Source: Candidatus Helarchaeota archaeon
GTDB taxonomy: Archaea > Asgardarchaeota > Lokiarchaeia > Helarchaeales > RDOG01
Length of the DNA: 64,000 nt
Reading direction: 5' to 3'
Assembly: GCA_019058315.1 (NCBI GenBank)
Contig: JAHPZH010000002.1
Coordinates: 32,001 to 96,000 of the forward strand
Shown piece after piece: positions 8,499-17,740 of the stretch; position 1 is the first letter of the stretch; every line of letters starts with the position of its first letter. Position numbers and translations under genes: made by a program. The notes beneath the pieces were generated by a model. It ran no database searches. It was not told where the DNA came from and worked only from the letters and a program-made list of their open reading frames with translations.

Positions 8499-9341
8499 AT
8501 GTTTGGTTACATAATTTTACGAGACATTCCAAAAGAACAAGCTCAATTAGATTTATCTATTTATGAAATTAAGGGAGGTTTTCGTGGCTTTGCAGAAGTT
8601 TCACCAGGAATTCATTATGTTAGCGTTGATGTGGGTGGAAAGATGCATAAGGGGTTCTGGTGCTATTTAGAACCTTCCAGTGTAGTTGTAAAAGTTTATG
8701 ATTACGAAAACGATGAATTTAAAGATGATACTTCTGAAAATGAGGAGCAGTTTTCCAACATGGCTTTAAGTGGAGCTATGAATCGAGCTCTTATTCCGGT
8801 CATGCAACGTAATGCAAAGATGTCAACTGAATGGTTAAAATTAGTATCTCACATTAAAAAAAATAATTTTCCGATATCTCTGAATAAAGAAACACCCATG
8901 GAACCTCCTGAAAATCTCTCACCAGAAGAAATGTCAGAATACTATCTTAAAACACACAAATCTCGTTTTGAACAAGCTTTTTATGAAACTCATGGTGGAA
9001 ATAAAGAGAAATTTTTAGCCGAAATCCAATTTGCATTTGTACGTTCACTTGTTCATAAACCAGATGATGAGGCATTAGAGCGATGGTTGCATCTCTTACA
9101 GTCCATTTATAATGCAGGAGAGAGAAGTATTGATGCTGAACCTGAATTATTCCCTTTAATTATTGATATAATAATAACACAATTCAAAATTCTACCAGAT
9201 GATATGTTTTCATCTAATAGCAAAGTTATAAATCGTGTTCAATATTTAATCGAAGATATGATTGATACGGGAATTAAAGATGTTAAAGAAAAAGCTAAAG
9301 AGTTTGCTGAATATCTAAAATCAAGGGGTGTTTCAATTTAA
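8499..9341 (+). CDS. AAR2-like protein (A1 cistron-splicing factor / U5 snRNP assembly factor family)
   Basis: LDL..YEI.GGFRGFAEVSPGIHYV...GFW resembles the AAR2 N-domain (F.G.K.IPPG.HF). FLAEIQFAFV...ALERWLHLLQ resembles the AAR2 C-domain (LLGELQFAFV...W..LL). Confidence 0.7.
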   Translation: MFGYIILRDIPKEQAQLDLSIYEIKGGFRGFAEVSPGIHYVSVDVGGKMHKGFWCYLEPSSVVVKVYDYENDEFKDDTSENEEQFSNMALSGAMNRALIPVMQRNAKMSTEWLKLVSHIKKNNFPISLNKETPMEPPENLSPEEMSEYYLKTHKSRFEQAFYETHGGNKEKFLAEIQFAFVRSLVHKPDDEALERWLHLLQSIYNAGERSIDAEPELFPLIIDIIITQFKILPDDMFSSNSKVINRVQYLIEDMIDTGIKDVKEKAKEFAEYLKSRGVSI

Positions 9342-9376
9342 AAAAAAATGATAGGAAATAAGATGGTGAAAAAAGT

Positions 9377-9643
9377 ATGAGTGAAGATAAACCACGATTT
9401 TTTGTTATCAAAACAGTAAAGGGTAGAGAAAATGCAGTTTTGGATAACATAATGGAAAGCAGATTGAGAGATAGCATAATTGCGGTCTTAATTCCAGCGA
9501 CGTTACATGGATATATTTTTATTGAAACTGAAGATCCCGCTACTATCGTATCAGAATTTCCAAAATTCTCTATTAAGACTCGTCTTATTTCTCAAGTGCA
9601 ATTTAAGGATATAGAAGAGTTCATAATAAAATATAATTTTTAA
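9377..9643 (+). CDS. stand-alone Spt5/NusG N-terminal (NGN) domain protein
   Basis: FFVIKTVKGRENAV...IIAVLIP..LHGYIFIE...V.F.DIEEFI; ends before any KOW domain. Confidence 0.75.
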   Translation: MSEDKPRFFVIKTVKGRENAVLDNIMESRLRDSIIAVLIPATLHGYIFIETEDPATIVSEFPKFSIKTRLISQVQFKDIEEFIIKYNF

Positions 9644-10405
9644 TTAATGAAAAACTACTCCACCATCTATGTTAATTATTTGTCCTGTCATATAATTGGA
9701 ATCTTCAGAAACCAAAAAAGAAACCAAACCTGTAATATCTTCAGCGGTTCCTATTCTTTTTAATAATATCTTTTTATTTGATATATCTAGAAATTCCTTA
9801 ATTAAGTTAGGATCATTTTTATAAATTCCTGTCACATGAAAGCCAGGACAAACAGCGTTGACAGTAATTCTTGGGGCTAATTCTTTAGCCAATACTTTTG
9901 TTAAAGCGATTACTGCTGCTTTACTACAACTATACATCCCAATTAGAGGAGTTGGGTCTTTGCCAGCAATTGAAGCGATATTAATTATTTTTCCTCTTAT
10001 TGGTTTTAGTTCTCTTTGTGTTTTCATTTTTTTTGCTGCATATTTTGTAACTAACCAAGGACCCTTAAAATTTACATTCATAATTCTTTCCATTACTGCA
10101 TCGGGTAGATCAATTATATTTGTTGGATCTCCGCCTATTCCCGCGTTATTAATTAAAACATGAAGTAGCTTGAATTTGTAAAAAGTATCTGATATCATTG
10201 ATTGAACAAATTTAGAGTCTGAAATATCTCCTACTTGTAATAATGTTTCGATATTATATGAATTCAGCAAATTATTGGTTTCTTTTAAGCCTTCGCTATT
10301 AAGATCATTTAATATTAAATTATTACCTTCTTTAGCCAGCCTTATTGCCATTGCTCTTCCAAAACCAGAACCCGCACCGGTTATTAAAATATTTTTTGAA
10401 TTCAA
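9644..10405 (-). CDS. short-chain dehydrogenase/reductase (FabG-like)
   Basis: TGAGSGFG, NNAG, YSCSK (YxxxK), VNAVCPG, TGQIINIDGG. Confidence 0.93.
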   Translation of the reverse strand: MNSKNILITGAGSGFGRAMAIRLAKEGNNLILNDLNSEGLKETNNLLNSYNIETLLQVGDISDSKFVQSMISDTFYKFKLLHVLINNAGIGGDPTNIIDLPDAVMERIMNVNFKGPWLVTKYAAKKMKTQRELKPIRGKIINIASIAGKDPTPLIGMYSCSKAAVIALTKVLAKELAPRITVNAVCPGFHVTGIYKNDPNLIKEFLDISNKKILLKRIGTAEDITGLVSFLVSEDSNYMTGQIINIDGGVVFH

Positions 10406-10511
10406 TTTATAATTTCACCATTATTATTATTGATTAATTATTTACAACTACCAATTTCTTAAATTTATTTTAAATATGAAATCTATCCATTAGAAAATTG
10501 AGGTAAAAAGA

Positions 10512-10904
10512 ATGGTTAAATATTTGACAAAGGAGTGGTTAGAAGCTGGTATGAATGCTATTAACGCAGATCCAGAAATTAGGGAGGCAGCTAAAAATCT
10601 AACAGCAATTTTTCAACATGTAGTAACAGATGTTCCTAATAGTAATGAAAATATTTATTTTACTTCTGGATATAAAGACGGGATAGTTACAGAAATGAAA
10701 ATGGAAAATGTTAAAAATCCTACTTATAAATTAACAGCAAAATATGAAGATTGGAAACAATTCCATTCAGGAAAATTGAATTTTTTAGATTTTGTATTGA
10801 AAGGAAAACTTAAAGTAGAAGGTAAATTTCCGCAAGATATCAATATCCCAAAATTAATTGAAAAATTGAGTCAAATCATAGCAAATATTCCAACAGAATT
10901 TTAA
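10512..10904 (+). CDS. SCP2 sterol/lipid-binding domain protein
   Basis: YLTKEW...IN.DP...W.....GKL....VLKGKLKVEG pattern. Confidence 0.8.
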   Translation: MVKYLTKEWLEAGMNAINADPEIREAAKNLTAIFQHVVTDVPNSNENIYFTSGYKDGIVTEMKMENVKNPTYKLTAKYEDWKQFHSGKLNFLDFVLKGKLKVEGKFPQDINIPKLIEKLSQIIANIPTEF

Positions 10905-10929
10905 ATTTAAAATATTAATTTTTTAAGAT

Positions 10930-12219
10930 TTACTTAAGAATATAAAGATTTTCAGAATCATCCGAACAAATTATGGTTTTTTTAGGACCGATTATACAAT
11001 AATTTATTCGAGAAGGAAGTTCGAATGAATGAATTAAATCACAAGTAGGTGATAATATAAGAATTCCATTCATTCCTCCTCCACATAGATTTCCTACTTT
11101 GTCTATCGCTAGATCTGTTGTTAATCTTAATGGTGTTCTATACTTCATCTTATTTTTAAGGTCTAAATCACTAAAAATTATATATATGCTTCCGGTATCT
11201 ATTGGAGGAGGGTATGTATTTGGTTTTGTGCTTGAAACGCTAGAAAAACCATCTAATCGACAATAGAAAATCTTTGATTCTGTATTGTAGCTTGGATAAC
11301 CTGCAAAATTGAAAAAAGAAATTTTTCTTGATTCAATTTCTTTTCCCAAAATTTTATAATATGAGTCCTCAAGTTCCTCAAAATAATTTAATGTCCACTT
11401 AGGAATTTTGTTACCTTCTTTTATTGGTAAAATTTGGCTACAAAATGTAGCTAGTACCAATTTCTTATCGGTGATTATTGGAAAATATGGTCTCCAAAGG
11501 GAAAGCTGACTTGATTTAAATGTCCATATTTTTTTCCCATCAGGATTTACACAATAACAGTTGTAATGGTGTTCAGGTTCTGGTCCTTCTTCAGGATCCC
11601 AAATATAGGTACTAAAAAACCTAAATGCTAAGAAAATTGACTCATCATGGCTTAAAATAGGGGCAGAAAAGCCTGCACCTAATCCATGAGCTCCAATATT
11701 GAAAGGTTTCATTAAAGCTATATCAAAAACTCTTTCTCCTTTAGCAGTATATGCATACAAACCAGCCCAATCAAAACTATGAGCTGCAAAATAAATAATA
11801 CCTTTGGAATTTATTGTTACGCTTGTAGGAACTCCATCTATAAAATCTTCCCATAAAATCTCACCATTAGAACTATAATGTTGAACTTTAGCGAGGGAGG
11901 TAAGGTAAAATGTACCATCAGAAAGAAAGATTGGACATTGAGGATGCTTGGGAACCTCCAATTCCTCAATAATTTTTCCATTTAAATCAATAATAAAAAG
12001 TTTATTCTCTTCATTGATAACATAAGTATTTTGATTAGAACCAATTACTGGTTCTTGAATAATTTTTCCGATTGAGACCCTAATGACATCTGAAATAGTT
12101 TTTGGTATTTCTCCAGATATGCTATGTCCAGAATTTTGTAAATTAGCACGAAATTTTGGCCATGTCGAATCTAATAATTGATAAATTTTTGAATTTTTAT
12201 CTTTACTTAACATTTTCAT
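10930..12219 (-). CDS. PQQ-like beta-propeller repeat protein
   Basis: WPKFRANLQNSG start and repeated 'dG..lW' blade motifs (SNGEILW, PDGKKIW). Confidence 0.65.
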   Translation of the reverse strand: MKMLSKDKNSKIYQLLDSTWPKFRANLQNSGHSISGEIPKTISDVIRVSIGKIIQEPVIGSNQNTYVINEENKLFIIDLNGKIIEELEVPKHPQCPIFLSDGTFYLTSLAKVQHYSSNGEILWEDFIDGVPTSVTINSKGIIYFAAHSFDWAGLYAYTAKGERVFDIALMKPFNIGAHGLGAGFSAPILSHDESIFLAFRFFSTYIWDPEEGPEPEHHYNCYCVNPDGKKIWTFKSSQLSLWRPYFPIITDKKLVLATFCSQILPIKEGNKIPKWTLNYFEELEDSYYKILGKEIESRKISFFNFAGYPSYNTESKIFYCRLDGFSSVSSTKPNTYPPPIDTGSIYIIFSDLDLKNKMKYRTPLRLTTDLAIDKVGNLCGGGMNGILILSPTCDLIHSFELPSRINYCIIGPKKTIICSDDSENLYILK

Positions 12220-12375
12220 TTCTTCTTTAAATTAATTAATTAAATCCGACTATAATCTCTATTAAGAAATTAAATGAATAATTTCTATAAATATATAAAC
12301 TTTTATAAGTAATGCTAAAAAGAAATAATACTAACCTATGTAATTGGGAAAATTATAAAAAAAAGAGTTGATTTT

Positions 12376-12489
12376 ATGGCAAAATGTTCATATTGCGGTC
12401 ACACCCAGTGCGACAGATGCAGAAGTGAAACTAGCTCATCGAAACCCGGCTATTGTTGCCAATGCCACAGAACAAATGTGATGAAATAA
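12376..12489 (+). CDS. Cys-rich 37-aa zinc-binding microprotein
   Basis: MAKCSYCGHTQCDRCRSETSSSKPGYCCQCHRTNVMK*, with three CxxC motifs; a GC-richer island inside AT-rich intergenic DNA; below the ORF-track cutoff. Confidence 0.7.
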   Translation: MAKCSYCGHTQCDRCRSETSSSKPGYCCQCHRTNVMK

Positions 12490-12539
12490 ACTAGAATTAT
12501 TCATCTAATTTACTTTTTTTTATAATAAGGAAAAAAGGA

Positions 12540-15143
12540 TTACATTGTTTTAGCTTGCTCGATCCAATTTACTACTTCTTCTGAGCTGGGTATTCGCCTC
12601 AAATCATTTTGAATCGCATTATATGTTTCAATTTTATCAATTAATTTTATGGGTTCTTCATCATATTTTTTAAGAGAATTCAAGTCTTCACCAATTTCGA
12701 CTAATAATTCACTATATTGCCTTCCAATACCTTCAATCTGGTATAATTCCGCCATTTTTCGCCATCGTGGTAAATTTTCCTTCAGATATCTTGTTTCTTT
12801 TTCGTTGAATTCTGTTAGTTCGATTCTTTTTAGAATATCCTCAGTATTTGATTTGATTAAGTCTTTTAATTTAATGATTCCAATTCTTGCTAAATATAGT
12901 GCTATTTTTTGGTTTAGCCCTTCTAGGTCAGTTACACTAACAACATTAGTCTTATCAAGCCCTTTCTCATACTCTACAACACGAGTTATACGTTGTAGTG
13001 CTAATGGCTTAATAACAGTCGAAGAACACCAATCAACTGAAGTAGTCCCATCTTCTGGAGTAGGCACATGGCAATTTTGTCTTTTTAGAGAAAGCGGTTG
13101 TCCTCCACCTTCAACGGCTTCTTCGTCAGATTCTTCTGCAAGGGCATCATCTAATATATCTTCCTTTAGATTCTTTTTAAATTTGGATGTGTCTTCAAAA
13201 AGGAACATGTATTGCAATTTCTCTTCTTTGGTAATCATTTTTTCACACAAAGGACATATTATATCTGACATTTCTTCAATGATTCTTCTGTTTCTTTCAC
13301 TTGATGCTTCTTCACTTAAATCCTCAATTAGATCCCTTAATTTAGGAATATTTGATGGCATTTTTGTTCGAGTTCCACATTTAACACAAAAGAATGGTTT
13401 TGAGTCCCCTATCCATGAAAATAATTCATATATGACTTTCGGAAGTGGATGATAGATAATTCCAACATGATGAGAAAAGAAAGCTACAAGTTGTTTCCAA
13501 TTAATCATATCCACTCCAATTGGTGTAAATCTAACTTTGACAGTTCCCTTTACCTCTCTTGTATCCAACCAAAACTCTTTCCAGTGAACATCAGTAGCTA
13601 TAAGAGGAATCATTTGAACATCCTTATATGGATTACGCAAATCAATAAGTAAATCTATTCTCTCAAAATCAGGCATTTCGTGCCTCAAACGAAATCTCTT
13701 CTCATTCATTCTTTGGTCTATCCACCATAAGTAAATCCTTAAAACTACAAATTCATCACTATAGAATCGAAATAGTTCTACAGTAGTCATTATTAGAGGA
13801 TCATGGAAAACAGTAGGTGTTAAACGACCCCGTAGTGTAGCAATTTCTTTTAATTTATCACCAAATTTATAAAAAACTCGCGTAAAACCCAGAGGAGTGG
13901 TTCTGACAACCAAGTTTGAAATCTTTTCTGGATTTTTAACTTTCTGATATTTAATCTTTTGAGGAGGCCACCATCTTGGATAATATTCTGGAATCATATT
14001 ACCTTTAAACGTGATTTTCCTGAATTTTTCTTTACGAACAATCTTCTTTTTATATTCGTATTTATAAATAGCATGAACTGGACAGAGAGGATCTTTATAA
14101 TCAGGGATTTCTTTTTCAGTTTTTGGTCGAATAACTTCGGGATATTTTAATTGAATAGTAATTGAAGAAACTAATGATTGTTCATTTTCAGAAATTTCCT
14201 CAATTGCTTCAAATGTTATTGAAAAATCGAGTTCTTGTTTTAATTTTTTATCATGGTGTCTAAGAAAGAAAAATGCATAAGATTCCGCTGGAGGATTAAA
14301 CATTACGAATCCTTCTGTTTTTCCTCCTCCAAATAATGCAATGAATCCTTTAGTTATATCATGGTCCGCGTTTTCATTGTTTATTCCACAAATATAATTA
14401 CTCCATTCGATATTTTCAGCATAATTTTTAGTGAATATTTTCGGTCTTATAATGAGCTTTTTAACAGGTTGATTTACTAAAATCCGGAGACGTACCGATG
14501 TTATACCTAAAAAAGGAAGATATTCAATATATTTTTCATCATCTTCTGGTTTATGCATTTCCAATAGAAGTTCCACTTTGGGTTTACTTATATCAATTTC
14601 TACTTCCTCTCCTTTATCCCTCCTTTCTTGTATTTTTTGTCTAATTTTCCGGTATAATGTCCCAATCTTTCTCTTTTTTTGTTCGGATTCGAGTTTCTGC
14701 TTAGTTTCTTCAACTATTCTTTCATAATTTTCTCTATAATCTTCTAATTTTTCTTTTACAGATGATTCGTACTTATTGTATTTGTCCTGAAGCTTTTTAA
14801 AAGGATTAATATCAAGTCTGAATTTACGGCTTATTTTTTCGGGAGGTATTTCATAAATAATACTTTTCAGAAATTCTAGATTCTTATGAAGTAACTCTAA
14901 CTCTAGTTTTAAAAGCCGAAAATTTTTCTTTTTCACATATTCTTTTAAAAGTTTTATTCTTTCATCAATAAAATTTTTGGTCTCTTCAAAGAATCCTTCA
15001 TAGATATCCTTTTTGATCATTAAGTTCTTTTCCGATTCCTGATCTTTTAATTGTGAAAATAGATCTAATGCATAAGAATAATATTTTCCATCAATTACAT
15101 CTTTGAGTTCTTCTATTATTGCTTTATCTTGACTTTCAGCCAT
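12540..15143 (-). CDS. large multidomain protein: N-terminal coiled coil, split Zn ribbon, C-terminal DUF4332-like helix-hairpin-helix domain
   Basis: CVKC...CPLC; C-terminus DLEGL...L...GI...W...AELYQIEGIGRQYSELL...RRIPS.EEVVNWIEQAK is typical of DUF4332. Confidence 0.7.
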   Translation of the reverse strand: MAESQDKAIIEELKDVIDGKYYSYALDLFSQLKDQESEKNLMIKKDIYEGFFEETKNFIDERIKLLKEYVKKKNFRLLKLELELLHKNLEFLKSIIYEIPPEKISRKFRLDINPFKKLQDKYNKYESSVKEKLEDYRENYERIVEETKQKLESEQKKRKIGTLYRKIRQKIQERRDKGEEVEIDISKPKVELLLEMHKPEDDEKYIEYLPFLGITSVRLRILVNQPVKKLIIRPKIFTKNYAENIEWSNYICGINNENADHDITKGFIALFGGGKTEGFVMFNPPAESYAFFFLRHHDKKLKQELDFSITFEAIEEISENEQSLVSSITIQLKYPEVIRPKTEKEIPDYKDPLCPVHAIYKYEYKKKIVRKEKFRKITFKGNMIPEYYPRWWPPQKIKYQKVKNPEKISNLVVRTTPLGFTRVFYKFGDKLKEIATLRGRLTPTVFHDPLIMTTVELFRFYSDEFVVLRIYLWWIDQRMNEKRFRLRHEMPDFERIDLLIDLRNPYKDVQMIPLIATDVHWKEFWLDTREVKGTVKVRFTPIGVDMINWKQLVAFFSHHVGIIYHPLPKVIYELFSWIGDSKPFFCVKCGTRTKMPSNIPKLRDLIEDLSEEASSERNRRIIEEMSDIICPLCEKMITKEEKLQYMFLFEDTSKFKKNLKEDILDDALAEESDEEAVEGGGQPLSLKRQNCHVPTPEDGTTSVDWCSSTVIKPLALQRITRVVEYEKGLDKTNVVSVTDLEGLNQKIALYLARIGIIKLKDLIKSNTEDILKRIELTEFNEKETRYLKENLPRWRKMAELYQIEGIGRQYSELLVEIGEDLNSLKKYDEEPIKLIDKIETYNAIQNDLRRIPSSEEVVNWIEQAKTM

Positions 15144-15235
15144 TTTATTTTACCTCTGAATGATAATTAATAGATGGTAAGTACATTAATTAGTATAGTA
15201 AAATTTAAGGTTAGTCAATTATGATATAATAAAAA

Positions 15236-15814
15236 GTGAATTTTGAAATGGTTAATATGAAAATAAATCAGTATTCAGATAATAAAAAGCAATTATGGGA
15301 ATTAATTAATGATAAAGGGTTGCTAAGGGAAGGTGATTTTACTTTAGCCTCTAAAATAGAAAGTACTTTCTACTTTGACATAAAAAAGGTTTCTATGCTT
15401 AAAATTGGTAAGGAATTAATTGGTAAATGTATAGAAGAAATTATAAAAGATGAGAAATTTGATTCTGTAGGTGGAATGGAATCGGGAGCGATTCCTATCA
15501 TAGATGCTGTAGTTGAACATACAAATATTGAACGAGGTTTCTATGTAAAAAAGGCAGTTAAAAATCATGGTACCCAAAAAGCGATTGAAGGTTTTTTCTT
15601 TCCAAAGGATACAGTCTTAATGGTTGAAGATGTTATAACTTCTGGAAATTCTGTAATTAGAGCTTGTAAAATACTTGAAAATATTAGTAAAAATGCAGGT
15701 AAAATAAAGAAAATTATTGTAATTGTGGATAGATTGCAAGGGGGAAGAGAAAATATAGAAAATGAGGGATATCAACTTATATCAATTTTTAATAAAGATG
15801 ATTTTAAAATTTAA
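15236..15814 (+). CDS. pyrE: orotate phosphoribosyltransferase
   Basis: GDFTLAS...YFD, GGMESGAIP, KNHGT, PRPP-binding VEDVITSGNS, IVDRLQGG. Start may be a downstream ATG. Confidence 0.92.
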   Translation: MNFEMVNMKINQYSDNKKQLWELINDKGLLREGDFTLASKIESTFYFDIKKVSMLKIGKELIGKCIEEIIKDEKFDSVGGMESGAIPIIDAVVEHTNIERGFYVKKAVKNHGTQKAIEGFFFPKDTVLMVEDVITSGNSVIRACKILENISKNAGKIKKIIVIVDRLQGGRENIENEGYQLISIFNKDDFKI

Positions 15815-15889
15815 AGACAATTAATTGTAATAGATTAATTAAACGTAAATAAAAAGAAAGAAAAATAGTAAAAAATAAAAAAAATTGGT

Positions 15890-16228
15890 TTATTTCTTCT
15901 TCTTCTTTGGTTTTTTCTTTGGAACTGGTTTTGGGGCCATGGCTTTTTCTGCTGTTTTTACTAATTTAGTATGGGCAGTTTTGGCTTTTCTGACATCTCC
16001 AGCCTTGATTGTCTTTCGAATTAATTCTCCTTCGTGCTCGCCTTTAGATTTTCGAGGCATAGCTTTAATTATTTCATCTAAAGCTTCCATTATTCGTTCT
16101 TCTAAATAACCGATTATTGGATCTACTGCTGCACCAGCTACATTTAATTTGGTTTCAGCGCCTTCATAAATTCCTTTAAATAGAGGTTTTACACGTGTCC
16201 AGTAAATTAAACTTTTCTTTTCTTCCAT
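15890..16228 (-). CDS. histone-fold protein with loop insertion and Lys-rich C-terminal tail
   Basis: Helix 1 TRVKPLFK, L1 NVAGAAV, long helix 2, L2/helix 3 RKTIKAGDV (cf. archaeal histone RKTVKAEDI), then the tail ...PKPVPKKKPKKKKK. Confidence 0.72.
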   Translation of the reverse strand: MEEKKSLIYWTRVKPLFKGIYEGAETKLNVAGAAVDPIIGYLEERIMEALDEIIKAMPRKSKGEHEGELIRKTIKAGDVRKAKTAHTKLVKTAEKAMAPKPVPKKKPKKKKK

Positions 16229-16600
16229 AAGAATCCCTCAATTTTTATTTAACATACCATTTTTTGAAAATTTTAATTTAAAAATTCCTTATTAAAATGA
16301 TTTATAATTATTCTTAATTTTTAACTAATACCTTATTTAAATTTTTTCAGTTATTACCAATTTTGTCGATTATCTTTAATCAAAAATGAAATTGGATTAA
16401 GAAAAGAAATTAAAATTTAAGGAAAAAAAATTTTAAAAAGTGATAAGATTTTATCATTTTTTTCTCATAGAAATGGGTTATGATAATTTATATGTAAAGA
16501 AGAATTAGAAAATTTAAAAAAAATTAATATTATTAGAAATTTCTTTAAAATGTTCAAAGAATATATTAAAATCAGTAAAATTGTATGTGATTTTAAAAAA

Positions 16601-17740
16601 TTATTTCTTTTTTTTCTTTAAAAGACTTTTTTTCGCTAAATCTATCAGTAATATTATTCTATCTAATCCAATTTTCGTTATTTTTGAGATTTCTTCTTGA
16701 TCTTCTTCACTTGCTAAATCACCGACAGTAAATATATCAATATCTTCTAAGATTTCTAATTCATCTTTTGAAATTTCATTCAATTTCTTAAGAGGGTCAT
16801 CATTGTTTAAAGGTTTGATTATATATTGTATTTCAAAGACTTTTTCATTAATAAATATTAAAAAGAAGGAATACATTCCAGAGAAGATTAAACTAATAAT
16901 AATATATGTTGGTGATTCTGGAGTATACAGTAAATTAATTGCATTTATTAAAACAAAATCAAGAACAAAAGTTACCGTTCCGAATATTGAAAATAAAAGT
17001 ACCCCCATAATTGATGCAAATAATAAGATTATATTTGGATTTCTCAATTTAAATCCCAAATTTATAGTTAGAATCAGTATTATTCCTAAATTTACTAAAA
17101 TTCCAGAAACTATAAAAAAAATGCCTAAAAATATATCTGGAGTGGAAGGACCCCCGAATAGAGCTGTTCTTGAATAAGAAGATTCATAAATTATGAATCC
17201 AAAAAGAAGAGTAATTGTACTGATTATTATAGATAAATTAATTGACATAATTTTCCAAAGTCTATCCCATTCCTCCTTCATTCCCCAAATTAGACTTAAT
17301 GATCCAATAATAATTAAGATTATACTCACAGGAAAAATATCAAGAATTAGAAGGATTAAATTTGGCCCACTATATTTTTCTGGAACATATATTTTAGAAA
17401 TGTAAAGAAAAAATAAAGTAAAACCAAAAATTTGACCCAATATAAATGAAGAATATCTCCAATTATTAGAAATTTTGATTTTTAAGCCATAAATTATCGT
17501 TAAAATGGAGAAAAATAATGATAAATATCCTAATATTAAAAAGTATATATCTACGAAATCAAATAGACTACCAAGAAAAGGAAGTGGGAATTGAAATATT
17601 TGCCAAAATAATAAAATTATAATTTTTAACTCATCTAGAGTCTTAAAAGAACTCAATAATCCAAAAACTGTTAAAATAATACCTATTATTAAAAATCCTA
17701 GGGATATTGTCTTAAATTTATTCCAATAAATTTTTTTAAT
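16601..17740 (-). CDS. multi-pass membrane protein with C-terminal HhH-like domain
   Basis: About 8-9 hydrophobic segments, then L..L..I....LEIL...DI.TVGDLA...ISKITKIG. The frame stays open upstream of the track start (17656) to an ATT at 17740, adding another TM helix. Confidence 0.65.
   Translation of the reverse strand: MKKIYWNKFKTISLGFLIIGIILTVFGLLSSFKTLDELKIIILLFWQIFQFPLPFLGSLFDFVDIYFLILGYLSLFFSILTIIYGLKIKISNNWRYSSFILGQIFGFTLFFLYISKIYVPEKYSGPNLILLILDIFPVSIILIIIGSLSLIWGMKEEWDRLWKIMSINLSIIISTITLLFGFIIYESSYSRTALFGGPSTPDIFLGIFFIVSGILVNLGIILILTINLGFKLRNPNIILLFASIMGVLLFSIFGTVTFVLDFVLINAINLLYTPESPTYIIISLIFSGMYSFFLIFINEKVFEIQYIIKPLNNDDPLKKLNEISKDELEILEDIDIFTVGDLASEEDQEEISKITKIGLDRIILLIDLAKKSLLKKKKK

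Noticed and set aside
12649-13452. 267-aa antisense ORF
   Set aside because: It lies wholly opposite the 867-aa CDS; its Ser/Phe/Ile-rich composition is typical of a shadow frame.
15885-16109. 74-aa hydrophobic ORF (MVYFFFFF...)
   Set aside because: Reverse complement of the histone's poly-Lys tail.
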